Positions 18,401-26,534 of a DNA stretch of 26,809 bases are shown one piece after another. A program made the translations under genes and the position numbers. Below the pieces are notes generated by a model. The model was given only the letters and a program-made list of their open reading frames with translations, did no database searches and was not told where the DNA came from. The stretch's first letter is position 1; each line of letters opens with the position of its first letter. The stretch is from Planctomycetota bacterium (GTDB taxonomy: Bacteria; Planctomycetota; B15-G4; JADJEK01), in contig JAEUIB010000679.1 of assembly GCA_016795255.1 (NCBI GenBank), forward strand, positions 1 to 26,809, written 5' to 3'.

Positions 18401-18687
18401 AGCTGAGGCGCGAAGGCGCCGAGGTGAACGATGCCATCGAACGCGGCGCGCTACTGCGCTTGCGGCCCGTTCTCATGACCGCGCTCGTCGCGTCGCTCGG
18501 ATTCGTGCCGATGGCGCTCGCGACAGGAACTGGCGCTGAGGTGCAGAAGCCGCTCGCCACGGTCGTCATCGGCGGGCTCATCTCGAGCACGCTGCTGACG
18601 CTCGTCGTGTTGCCCGCGCTCTATCGGATGTTCGCTGGCCGATCGTCGTTGAAGTCGACCGAACCTGAGGCGGCGGTACAGGAATGA
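15403..18687 (+). CDS. czcA: CusA/CzcA-family heavy-metal efflux RND transporter
   Basis: LPIDAVPDITNNQVQINT, GAIDFGLIVDGAVIIVEN, RLRPVLMTALVASLGFVPMA, AEVQKPLATVVIGGL; 1094 aa. Confidence 0.95.
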   Translation: MLARFLQWSIEHRTLVVLLTLIVAVIGGFSMARLPIDAVPDITNNQVQINTVVPELSPTEVEKQVTFVVETALAGIPGLEYTRSLSRNGFSQVTAVFRDDVDIYFARTQVNERLGEAREALPSGAEPRMGAISTGLGEIYMWTVEFEHPGGEGAKPISGKPGWQHDGSYLTPEGETLRTDVERASYLRTVQDWVIRPQLRGVEGVAGVDAIGGYVKQYHVEPDPMELVSYGITFADVIDALEGNNVSTGAGYVEHQGESYLVRAAGRIEDAAQIADIVVGSRGGTPIYVRDVATVHVGRELRTGSASENGEEVVVGTVLMLIGANSRTVAQAVDARMEVINAALPPDIEARTVLNRTKLVNATIHTVSKNLAEGAGLVIAILLLFLGNFRAALICALAIPLSMLMTAIGMVQTRISGNLMSLGAIDFGLIVDGAVIIVENSLRKLAERQHALGRILTLPERLREVTVAAKEMVQPSVFGQAIIVTVYIPLLALTGVEGKMFHPMAMTVIFALIAAFVLSLTFVPAMVAIIVRGKVQEKESFLVRAAKAPYAPIIRGAVRARWAVVALAIAAFAGSLVIAGRLGQEFVPTLDERDIAMHAMRIPSTSLTQSTEMQFEVERAVSKFPEVAFVFSKTGTAEMASDPMPPNVSDTFIILRSREEWPDPLETKESLRMRLEEAVERVPGNNYEWTQPIEMRFNELLAGVRGDVAVKVYGDDFEKMRITAERIKSVLQGIEGSADVKVEQTTGLPVMSIRIDRQAIARYGLKMVDVQEVVAAAVGGREAGQVFEGDRRFDLVVRLPDAMRRDVDTIRNLPIPIAHHEGESDAGSSGDVVASLDAPQSMEVAFVPLSSLAEVEVAEGMNQVSRENGKRRIVVQCNVRGRDLGSFVMAAQEAVKSVELPPGGWLDWGGEFENLVAARKRLTVVVPVCFLLIFFLLYSAFGSVRFALLVFSCVPLGLTGGILALWLRDMPFSITAHVGFIALSGVAVLNGLVMVSCINQLRREGAEVNDAIERGALLRLRPVLMTALVASLGFVPMALATGTGAEVQKPLATVVIGGLISSTLLTLVVLPALYRMFAGRSSLKSTEPEAAVQE

Positions 18688-18691
18688 CGTG

Positions 18692-20902
18692 ATGACGCGC
18701 GTCGTCTTCGACATCAAAGGCATGGACTGCGCGGACGAGGCGATCCTCCTGCGCAAGACTCTCGGTGACGTCGCGGGCGTTGCCGAAGTCACTCCGAACG
18801 TCGTCGAGCGCAGCCTCGCTGTCGTGTTTCGGGATGACCAGACGAGTTCGGTGAAGATCGTTGAGGCCATCGCAACAACTGGAATGTCGGCCGTGGTCAG
18901 AACTGGCGCACAAGCTACGGCGCCAGCAGCAACGACTCACTCGGAGCTGCGCAGGGCTCTGCTCGCGGGCCTCGGTGCGGCGGCTTTGCTGACGGGGCTC
19001 TCGTTCCACGCGAGTCGCATTGGCTGGGCGACAGCACTTCTTCACGGAGGGGAGAGCACTCCGCCGCTGTTGAGTCGGGGGCTCTACGTCGTCGCGATCG
19101 TGCTGGCGGGGTGGTTCGTCGCGCCGCGCGCTTGGGCGGGAATTCGAGGGCTTCGCCCCGATATGTACGTGCTCATGACGATCGCCGTCGTCGGGGCGGT
19201 CGCGATCGGCGAATGGCTCGAGGCCGCGACGGTCACAGTGCTCTTCTCGACGTCGCTCGCGCTCGAAGCGTGGACGGTCGGAAGAGCACGCGATGCGATC
19301 GGCGCGTTGACCGCGCTGACGCCCCAACGTGCGCGCGTCATTCGCGACAAGGGACGCGAAGACCTCGTCGGTGTGGAGTCCGTCGCACCGGGTGAGCGAG
19401 TCTTGGTGAAAACGGGAGAGCAGATCCCGTTGGACGGAACCGTTCTCGCCGGGGAATCGAGCGTGAATCAGGCTCCCATCACTGGCGAGTCGGTTCCCGT
19501 TCCGAAGGGTCCAGGCGACGAGGTTCTCGCCGGCACGATCAATCACGACGGAGTTCTCGAAGTCGAAGTCGTGAGGCCTGCCGGTGAGAGCACGCTCGCG
19601 CGCGTGTCGAAGCTCGTCAGCGATGCTCAGGCGAAGCGGTCGCCATCCGAACAGTGGGTCGAACGGTTCGCGGCGATCTACACGCCTGCGGTGCTCGCGC
19701 TCGCGGCGCTCGTCGCGATCGTTCCGCCATTGGTCGTCGGGAACTTCCGCGCGTGGCTCTACGAGGCGCTCTCGCTGCTCGTGATCGCGTGTCCGTGTGC
19801 GCTCGTGATTTCGACGCCCGTGAGCATGGTCGCGGCACTCGTCGCTGCCGCGAGGCGCGGCGTGCTGGTGAAGGGCGGTGAGTTCCTCGAGCGCCTCGCT
19901 TCGGTTCGGGCCGCGGCGTTCGACAAGACCGGGACGCTCACGGTCGGACGTCCCGAGGTCGAGGAAGCGCATGCGTTGGCCGGCCACGACGAACGCCAGT
20001 TGCTCGAGATCGCGTTGTCCATCGAACGTCGGTCGGAGCACCCGCTCGCACAAGCGATCGTGGCGTACGCCGAGCAGAAAGGCATCGAGTCGCCTCCGGT
20101 GGACGACTACGTCGCCGTCAGCGGCAAGGGAGCGGAAGCGCGGCGGTCGGGGCGCCCCGTCTGGGTTGGTTCGTTGCGCTTTGCGACGCAAAAGGCCGGT
20201 GTCGAGCCCGAGCGCGACCGAGTCGTTGCCGAGCGCGCCGCTGGTGGAGGCAGCGTCGTCCTCGTCGGGGAGGAAGATCACACGTGCGGGTTCATCCTGC
20301 TGCGCGACCGCATGCGTGCCGACGTTCCGGACGCGCTGAAGCGGCTCCGAACGTTCGGTGTTTCCCGACTCGTGATGCTGACCGGCGACAACCGTCCAAC
20401 GGCTGAGGCGATCGGGAAGGAAAGCGGCGTCGACGAAATCCGAGCCGAGTTGCTGCCCGCGCAGAAGGTGGAGAACATCGAAGCGCTCGTCGCCGAGCAC
20501 GGGTCCGTCGCCATGGTTGGGGACGGAGTGAACGATGCGCCAGCATTGGCCCGCGCAAGCGTCGGAATTGCAATGGGGGCGGCGGGTAGTGCATCGGCAC
20601 TCGAGACAGCGGACATTGCCTTGCTGTCCGATCAGTTTTCGCGACTTCCGTGGCTCCTCGAGCACGCACGTCGAACGCTTCGCATCGTTCGACAGAACAT
20701 CGTTGCCTCGCTTGTTGTCAAGGCAGCGTTCGTCGCACTCGCTCTGTTCGGCAACGCGACGCTCTGGGCCGCAATCGCGGCCGACATGGGTGTATCGCTT
20801 GCCGTCGTCTTCAACGCCCTCAGGCTTCTCGTAGACGGCTCACCATCGGTGATCGGCTCCGAGAGCTCGGCGTCCGGACTCGCCCCAGGTTCCTCGTCAT
20901 GA
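18692..20902 (+). CDS. zntA: Zn/Cd/Pb-translocating P1B-type ATPase (ZntA/CadA-like)
   Basis: N-terminal GMDCADE metal-binding domain, TGESVP, ACPCAL, DKTGT, SEHPLA, MLTGD, GDGVNDAP; TM7 Lys and TM8 ADMG fit the P1B-2 subclass. GTG at 18689 is an alternative start. Confidence 0.92.
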   Translation: MTRVVFDIKGMDCADEAILLRKTLGDVAGVAEVTPNVVERSLAVVFRDDQTSSVKIVEAIATTGMSAVVRTGAQATAPAATTHSELRRALLAGLGAAALLTGLSFHASRIGWATALLHGGESTPPLLSRGLYVVAIVLAGWFVAPRAWAGIRGLRPDMYVLMTIAVVGAVAIGEWLEAATVTVLFSTSLALEAWTVGRARDAIGALTALTPQRARVIRDKGREDLVGVESVAPGERVLVKTGEQIPLDGTVLAGESSVNQAPITGESVPVPKGPGDEVLAGTINHDGVLEVEVVRPAGESTLARVSKLVSDAQAKRSPSEQWVERFAAIYTPAVLALAALVAIVPPLVVGNFRAWLYEALSLLVIACPCALVISTPVSMVAALVAAARRGVLVKGGEFLERLASVRAAAFDKTGTLTVGRPEVEEAHALAGHDERQLLEIALSIERRSEHPLAQAIVAYAEQKGIESPPVDDYVAVSGKGAEARRSGRPVWVGSLRFATQKAGVEPERDRVVAERAAGGGSVVLVGEEDHTCGFILLRDRMRADVPDALKRLRTFGVSRLVMLTGDNRPTAEAIGKESGVDEIRAELLPAQKVENIEALVAEHGSVAMVGDGVNDAPALARASVGIAMGAAGSASALETADIALLSDQFSRLPWLLEHARRTLRIVRQNIVASLVVKAAFVALALFGNATLWAAIAADMGVSLAVVFNALRLLVDGSPSVIGSESSASGLAPGSSS

Positions 20903-20916
20903 CTTTGGAGACTTCC

Positions 20917-21255
20917 ATGCTGTCGATGCTTCCTCGCTCGGTCCTGATGGTCGCCGCAATCCTCTTCGCGCTCGGTTGCTCCAAGGACAATCACAGCCAC
21001 GGAGACAGCCACGATCACGATCACTCTCACGACGAGCCGCACGCGAGCGCGACCGCTGAACCGGGCTCGTACGAAGACTGGTGCGGAGGACATGGTGTCC
21101 CTGAATCAAAGTGCACGCGCTGCAATTCAGCGCTCGTCGCCTCGTTCAAGGCGAACAACGATTGGTGCGCGGAACACGAGCTGCCCGCGTCGCAATGCGT
21201 GAAGTGCGATCCCAACCGGAAGGCGATCCGCCCGCCGAAGCCGGCTGGCAAGTAA
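20917..21255 (+). CDS. Small His-rich lipoprotein with duplicated WCxxHxxPxSxCxxC motif (putative metal-binding protein)
   Basis: GGAG RBS before ATG 20917 (alternative ATG 20899 overlaps the ATPase stop); lipobox ALGC; NHSHGDSHDHDHSHDE; DWCGGHGVPESKCTRC and DWCAEHELPASQCVKC. Confidence 0.8.
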   Translation: MLSMLPRSVLMVAAILFALGCSKDNHSHGDSHDHDHSHDEPHASATAEPGSYEDWCGGHGVPESKCTRCNSALVASFKANNDWCAEHELPASQCVKCDPNRKAIRPPKPAGK

Positions 21256-21286
21256 CGCGGCTCCCAGCAATGTGGCCGAACCAGCG

Positions 21287-21547
21287 ATGAAGAGGTCAAG
21301 GAGGCCGGCAACACAAGGCAAGTCGCTCGGCGTACGGTCGTCGCAGCGCGAACTACTCCGCCTCACGGTAATCACCGGCGCGGTCGCCCTACTGATCGAT
21401 CTGGGTGCCGCGGCCCACGCCATCGACGCGTATCGGACGGACGGTGAGTTCTGCCTCGAAATACGACTCAGCCTCTTGGGTGCCTTCTTCACTGTGTACG
21501 CAGCCTATACAGCGCGCGGCTGGTGGAGAGCCAAGCACACGAAGTAG
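21287..21547 (+). CDS. Possible small two-TM membrane protein
   Basis: 86-aa ORF 31 nt after the lipoprotein stop, two hydrophobic segments; no family recognised. Confidence 0.3.
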   Translation: MKRSRRPATQGKSLGVRSSQRELLRLTVITGAVALLIDLGAAAHAIDAYRTDGEFCLEIRLSLLGAFFTVYAAYTARGWWRAKHTK

Positions 21548-21632
21548 CATCCGCACGAATACGCGCCTTCAGAGTGATCGGTCGGGACTTCCTCACCCGC
21601 CAGCCGCCGTAGATGACAGCGGCATTGACTTA

Positions 21633-23525
21633 CTATGTCCCTGGGCGTTCTACCGAAATACCGGCACTCTCGAGCAGGCCGTACAGGCTCCCGATCGATT
21701 CGCGGCCTTGGACAGCGTTGGTACCGTTCCTTCCCGTAGGTCGCACGCCGCTAAACGTAAACACAACGCGCTGTTTCGCTCTGGACAGAGCGACGAAAAA
21801 CCCGCACGTTTCCTCAGTTCGGTTCCCTGCAAACCCGAAGTGCGCACTGTCCTCAAGGCCAATGAATATGACAGTATGATACTCGAGCCCCTTACTCTTG
21901 TGGGTTGTCATGATAGGAACAGTTCCCACACCTTCAACGTCGTCGACCGCCGCCGACCAAGAGTTGGTTTGCAGCGCCGCAGTGAGCGCCTTCGAGAGTC
22001 GGTCGCTCGTATCCCGATAAAACGTGCCCTGCTGGTATCGCTGGTTTATCGACTTAAATGCGGCTTCGCCCAGGAACTGGATTACCTCGTTTACCACCTG
22101 CGCAAGGTCGCGCTCGGTTTTCCCGTAGACATCGAGCCGCTGCTTGAAAGCGGCGCACCATAGGACGAGACGGTCCACCTCAACTCGCATTGATTCGTCC
22201 GAACTGTCACCGCCAAGTTCGGACAGCAGCTGCAATGTCCGCGCCCAAGATTCTGGAGCTCGATCTTGAAGCGCCAACTTGAGCATATCGAGGACCGCGA
22301 CAGTGAGCGGTTCGGCAAGCAGGTCTTGCAACTCGTTCTCGAAGCGGGAGCGAACCCCCTCTATTCGCAGAGCTTCTTGGAGCTTTTGCGTGTAAATCGG
22401 CGGCTTCATCCGGCATAGCACGCAAATCTCGCGAGGGGGAACCAGATCAACCTTGACCAGGTTCGCAACGAGCCGAGCAACCTGCACGGCCTCTTCGGCG
22501 TCATCCGCAAACGACAGAATGCGGCACTCGCCTGGCTCGCGCTGATCGGAACCGAATGGGGTTGCCTCGGTGCTCGTGGGATCCAACGCCTTCGCGACCA
22601 CCGATTGGACGCGGACTAGCGCACCGGCAGAGCGGTAGTTCCGCGTAAGGCGAATCGTTCCTGCGGCGAAGTGTTCAACGAAGTACTTGAACACATTATT
22701 CAGCGCGCCCGCCCACCCCATGATGCGTTGCTTATCGTCGCCAACGGCTGTCAATACGGTCGGCGATCCGTGAAAGGCTCGATGTATTAGACGATAGTGA
22801 ATCGTGGTTGTGTCCTGGAACTCATCCAAGAACACATAACGATAAGTTGCACGCACCGCGAGGAGTACCTGCGGATTCATGCGCAACAAGTGTTCGGCCA
22901 GCTGTCCGAGCATCGAGAAGCTCAGAACCGATTTCGAGCGACTATGAAGCAAGTACCGCCACAAGTCCCCCGCAATCACGTCCTCGTGTGTCGCGTTCAC
23001 CCAAGTTCCGCTGACCGGAAGGGTCCGACCAAATGCACGTCTGACGCCATCTGTGCTCATCGCTGCTCGATCAGTGTTAGACACCGACGACGGAACCGAC
23101 TGAATCAGCTCCCTAAGCTGCCGATCGTAGAATAGCTCATGGTCGATGACAAAGTTCTCCGTTGGTTGGAACGCTGGAGGGAGTGCGGCACGAAAGTGGT
23201 CGACCAGCGATTTGGAAAGCGCATCGAACGTGTACGAGTCGAACCGTCGAGACCCCAAGACTCCGCAGCGACGCTCCACGCGCTCGGCGAGGTTACGCGC
23301 AGCGTCGCGCTTAAAACTTATCGCAAGAATGCGAGCCGGATCGGGACAGATCATGGTCTGTAGCAAGTAACACGCGCGCTGGGCCAGCAGTTCGGTTTTG
23401 CCGGCTCCCGGACCGGCAATGACCAACGTGGTCGAGGCGCTCCGGACCGCTTCCTCCGCGGCGGGCTCGAGCCCCTCCACGTCAATGGGTCGCCAGTTGG
23501 CCGCGAGCGCTTTACGACTTGGCAT
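21633..23525 (-). CDS. gajB: UvrD/Rep SF1 helicase, Gabija GajB-like
   Basis: AGPGAGKT, FLDEFQD, VGDDKQRI, NYRS, MTTHKSKGLEY, FVALSRAK; start overlaps the OLD nuclease end by 14 bp. Confidence 0.8.
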   Translation of the reverse strand: MPSRKALAANWRPIDVEGLEPAAEEAVRSASTTLVIAGPGAGKTELLAQRACYLLQTMICPDPARILAISFKRDAARNLAERVERRCGVLGSRRFDSYTFDALSKSLVDHFRAALPPAFQPTENFVIDHELFYDRQLRELIQSVPSSVSNTDRAAMSTDGVRRAFGRTLPVSGTWVNATHEDVIAGDLWRYLLHSRSKSVLSFSMLGQLAEHLLRMNPQVLLAVRATYRYVFLDEFQDTTTIHYRLIHRAFHGSPTVLTAVGDDKQRIMGWAGALNNVFKYFVEHFAAGTIRLTRNYRSAGALVRVQSVVAKALDPTSTEATPFGSDQREPGECRILSFADDAEEAVQVARLVANLVKVDLVPPREICVLCRMKPPIYTQKLQEALRIEGVRSRFENELQDLLAEPLTVAVLDMLKLALQDRAPESWARTLQLLSELGGDSSDESMRVEVDRLVLWCAAFKQRLDVYGKTERDLAQVVNEVIQFLGEAAFKSINQRYQQGTFYRDTSDRLSKALTAALQTNSWSAAVDDVEGVGTVPIMTTHKSKGLEYHTVIFIGLEDSAHFGFAGNRTEETCGFFVALSRAKQRVVFTFSGVRPTGRNGTNAVQGRESIGSLYGLLESAGISVERPGT

Positions 23526-25539
23526 CGCTCTTGGTGGCAGGCGGCGACAACGCTGCTCTTATGCGCGCGACGAAACGCGGGAGAACTGAAGGAGGACTCC
23601 GTCGCAGCTCTGCGTCAGAGAGCTTTGAAAGCGCAAGAATGTGCGTAGTCGGCTTTCCACGACCAAGGAACAAGTACCGGTACCAAAAGAACTCTCTCAA
23701 GTCCTCAGCGCTGTATAACCCAGCAGGCAATTCAACATCACCTAGGACCGCTTTTGTCGCGGAGGCCAGCGCCGCCTTGTACTTGTCCTCATCGTCAGGG
23801 ATTCGTGGACCGTCACCGCCATCCGCGGTCCCGCGATACGTAGTTGGGAATGCGCGGAGCATGGCGAAGTCGAGGTCGAGCGGCTCCGAAAAGAAGACGC
23901 CGAAGCGTTCGAGGTGATCGATCCAGGGCTTGAGCTCGCTAGCGTCACCAACGGCCAACGTGTGCATCTCCGCGAGCTCCTCGACCGTCCACGTTTCCGT
24001 TCCGTCTCCCTTGAGGGCAAGAACAGAATCAGCAGGGACGCCCAACTCGATCAGCTGCTGAAGGGCATACTTGATCCGTCCCCAGCCCCCGCCATTGCGC
24101 CCCGCATCAAGGTCGAGAAGCGTCGCATACGGGATCTGTAGCGCACTAAGTAAGCGCCAAAAGTGGTTGACGTGCCTTCCGCCGAGCGGCGCAACGGAAA
24201 CAAAGCTGGAGTCGATCGGCACATCTAGCGCAGAAGCAAGGCGCGGTAGCACGATTTCCTCGCTATCACCTTCGCCAAGAGCGACGAACTTTGCGAAATA
24301 GAGTTCAGGGTAGGCTCTGACTGCCTCGCGCACGAATTTGAGTGCGGCGGATCTTTCTGGAGGCAGGGTGATCGCGCAAACAACAGTGATGCGCTCGGCA
24401 CGTGTCGTTCGAAAATACCGAACTTCCTCGGGCTCTACGCGCGCCAAGATGGACGGCGAGTGACTCGAAAGCAAGACCTGACTGCGCATCAGAGTGCTGT
24501 GCTTACGCAGAGCGACGATGATGCGACCAAGATAATGTGGTGCGACGTGGTTTTCCGGTTCTTCGACCGCGATGATGTTGAGAATTGGGATGGCAAGCGC
24601 TTCCTTGGACAGCGCCTCCGTCTCGGCGGACGCAACTGCTTCCTGAACGTCGAACAGGGCAGTTACGATGGCAAGATAGAACAGAGATCGTTCCCCGTCA
24701 CTTAGTCGTTCGATGGGGTCTTCGGGTCCGGCAGGTCCGGGGCTGAAAGTCGCCTCGACCTGACGCAGCAGGTCTTCGAGGCGCCGTGCGAGGGGGCGGA
24801 TAGATACGTCGCGGTGTTCCGGCGCGTCATGTAACTGCGACCATCGAGCGACAACCGCACCCTGAATTAGCTTGACTCCGTCCTCAGAACCGAAAGTGTC
24901 TCGGATCGAGTCGGACGCTTCAGCGATCTCGTTGCGACCAGCTTCGGTCCAGTTGACGGACCGAAGTAGTACATGAAGCAGTGACCCGGAGACGTTCTTG
25001 ATCTGTCGGTCTGGATCGCGAGCGGCCGGTACGTAGTGGACGTGTATGCGGGCCCGCTCGTGCCCATGTACACGACTAGTCTTTTCGTCTTTCGCAGGGG
25101 TACCGTTGGGGCTCGAGATCCAGAGGAGTTCCTGCTCAGTCTCTCCCTCCGCGAGATTGCTCTGTTGCCACTTTCCTACGAGGCGAATCCGGCAATAGGG
25201 CGCCTCGCCAGCGGCGCCAACGGTCATGTGCTTGAAGCAAGCCGCGGGTGCATCAGCGCCGTTTCCTGCCGCGAGCTCGGGAAATACCAACTGCGCTTCG
25301 AGCGAAAGCGCTGCCTGGTCGACTTTGTCCCATTCTGTGCCGGGTGGAAGATAGAAATCCTCGCGAACTAGCGTCCGTTCCGCTTGCGAGAGACCAAATA
25401 GACGGCTGAGCGCTTGAAGCGCGGCTGATTTGCCAGAACCGTTCGCCCCGATAAATGTGGTCAAGTCGCCGAGGTGGATCACCTGGGACTCGGGACCAAA
25501 ACAGCGAAAGCCCGTGAGCGTAAGAGTGGAGATTCTCAC
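23512..25539 (-). CDS. gajA: OLD-family ATP-dependent nuclease (ABC ATPase + Toprim), Gabija GajA-like
   Basis: MRISTLTLTGFRCF start (GTG 25539; track ORF extends to 25650), GANGSGKS, LSDGERS signature, VEEPENH, SSHSP H-loop, Toprim GEGDSEE and LLDLD. Confidence 0.85.
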   Translation of the reverse strand: MRISTLTLTGFRCFGPESQVIHLGDLTTFIGANGSGKSAALQALSRLFGLSQAERTLVREDFYLPPGTEWDKVDQAALSLEAQLVFPELAAGNGADAPAACFKHMTVGAAGEAPYCRIRLVGKWQQSNLAEGETEQELLWISSPNGTPAKDEKTSRVHGHERARIHVHYVPAARDPDRQIKNVSGSLLHVLLRSVNWTEAGRNEIAEASDSIRDTFGSEDGVKLIQGAVVARWSQLHDAPEHRDVSIRPLARRLEDLLRQVEATFSPGPAGPEDPIERLSDGERSLFYLAIVTALFDVQEAVASAETEALSKEALAIPILNIIAVEEPENHVAPHYLGRIIVALRKHSTLMRSQVLLSSHSPSILARVEPEEVRYFRTTRAERITVVCAITLPPERSAALKFVREAVRAYPELYFAKFVALGEGDSEEIVLPRLASALDVPIDSSFVSVAPLGGRHVNHFWRLLSALQIPYATLLDLDAGRNGGGWGRIKYALQQLIELGVPADSVLALKGDGTETWTVEELAEMHTLAVGDASELKPWIDHLERFGVFFSEPLDLDFAMLRAFPTTYRGTADGGDGPRIPDDEDKYKAALASATKAVLGDVELPAGLYSAEDLREFFWYRYLFLGRGKPTTHILALSKLSDAELRRSPPSVLPRFVARIRAALSPPATKSDAKS

Positions 25540-25682
25540 TAACGTCAGTTCCCCTTGCGTATGCAAAACGCTGTGCTCGACGACAAACCGAGATCTGGAG
25601 CCGCTAGCGCGGTGGGAGCCTTGCGTGGCGCCGACGTTCGTGATCCCCAATAGCCGCTAGCAGCCAAACGGAAACTCAAGGG

Positions 25683-26306
25683 TTAGACCATTGACCAAAG
25701 GCCACTGATGACACGTGTATTCATCTTGGCGTTCTTGATGGTCGATTGGCGAGGCGCGCGTCCGGTAATAGTCCAAGCGCCGGCGAGGTCATGAAACTCG
25801 TACTGTTTGCTCGAAGTCGTCAAGCCACCCTGCGAATGGACCCATTGAGCGATTTCAAGCACCCGGCGCGCTTCATCCGCGTCAGCTTCTTGGCCCGTGA
25901 AATTCATGAAATGGAAGCCTAAGACGCCGGAATCGACGGCCGCCAGATCGGCAGTTGTCTTGATTGTCACTCCATGACTCACGTGCGTTATGGTCGAAGC
26001 GCTGTGCACGCGGAGCTTCCTTGCTGCAAGCTGCAAGCTGGTGAAGGCATCGAGTGCGCGCTCGTTGTTGGTCACCTTGTGGCGAGGGGCTGAGCTTGCC
26101 TGCAAGTTGCGAGTCGCCGCCGTTAGTACGTGGGGGTCATTGCCCGAGGCGAAGTAGGCCCTGATCGCTAGACGCGCCGGCTGATAGTACAGGATCTGGA
26201 ATAGTGCGGGGATTGCGGATGATCGCTTCTGACCGGCAAGGATCCGCATCTGATGCGTGATCGGCATCCCGATGAATTCTGCAAGTGCGCGAGATGTGAT
26301 CTTCAT
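25683..26306 (-). CDS. Hypothetical protein (207 aa) upstream of and co-oriented with the OLD/UvrD pair
   Basis: ATG at 26306 with GAGGGGG upstream; globular-looking sequence MKITSRALAEFI...ISGLWSMV. Confidence 0.7.
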   Translation of the reverse strand: MKITSRALAEFIGMPITHQMRILAGQKRSSAIPALFQILYYQPARLAIRAYFASGNDPHVLTAATRNLQASSAPRHKVTNNERALDAFTSLQLAARKLRVHSASTITHVSHGVTIKTTADLAAVDSGVLGFHFMNFTGQEADADEARRVLEIAQWVHSQGGLTTSSKQYEFHDLAGAWTITGRAPRQSTIKNAKMNTRVISGLWSMV

Positions 26307-26384
26307 CAACGGCGGTCCCCCTCTTCGGCGAAAGCGCCGTAGCGTACGCGTGTCGCTGAGCCGGCGCAATCTTCGCCATTGACG

Positions 26385-26402
26385 TGTGGAAGAAACGTGG
26401 AA
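26385..26402 (+). repeat. 18-bp direct repeat, putative integrase arm-type binding site (right end)
   Basis: TGTGGAAGAAACGTGGAA, identical to 5150-5167. Confidence 0.7.
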
Positions 26403-26534
26403 TCATGCCGCCGAAAAGGCCGAACATGCCGAACTCGAGCGGCCTCTCGGTGGCGTGCGCAAGCCTTGCGTGGATCCTGGTTTCGAAGCAAGTGACGACA
26501 AGATCCGTGGTTGCGGCGGAGGACTGTCCCGCCA

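Noticed and set aside
18716-18740. CxxE instead of CxxC in the ATPase metal-binding domain as a novelty
   Set aside because: A known variant among Zn/Cd P1B ATPases
13077-20665. Long antisense ORFs (13077..14372, 13871..15412, 15010..17196, 18578..20665)
   Set aside because: Antisense shadows of czcCBA and the ATPase, expected from high GC3 codon bias
5078-26534. Prophage, ICE or IS/transposon classification
   Set aside because: No structural, lysis, relaxase, T4SS or transposase genes and no terminal inverted repeats were recognised
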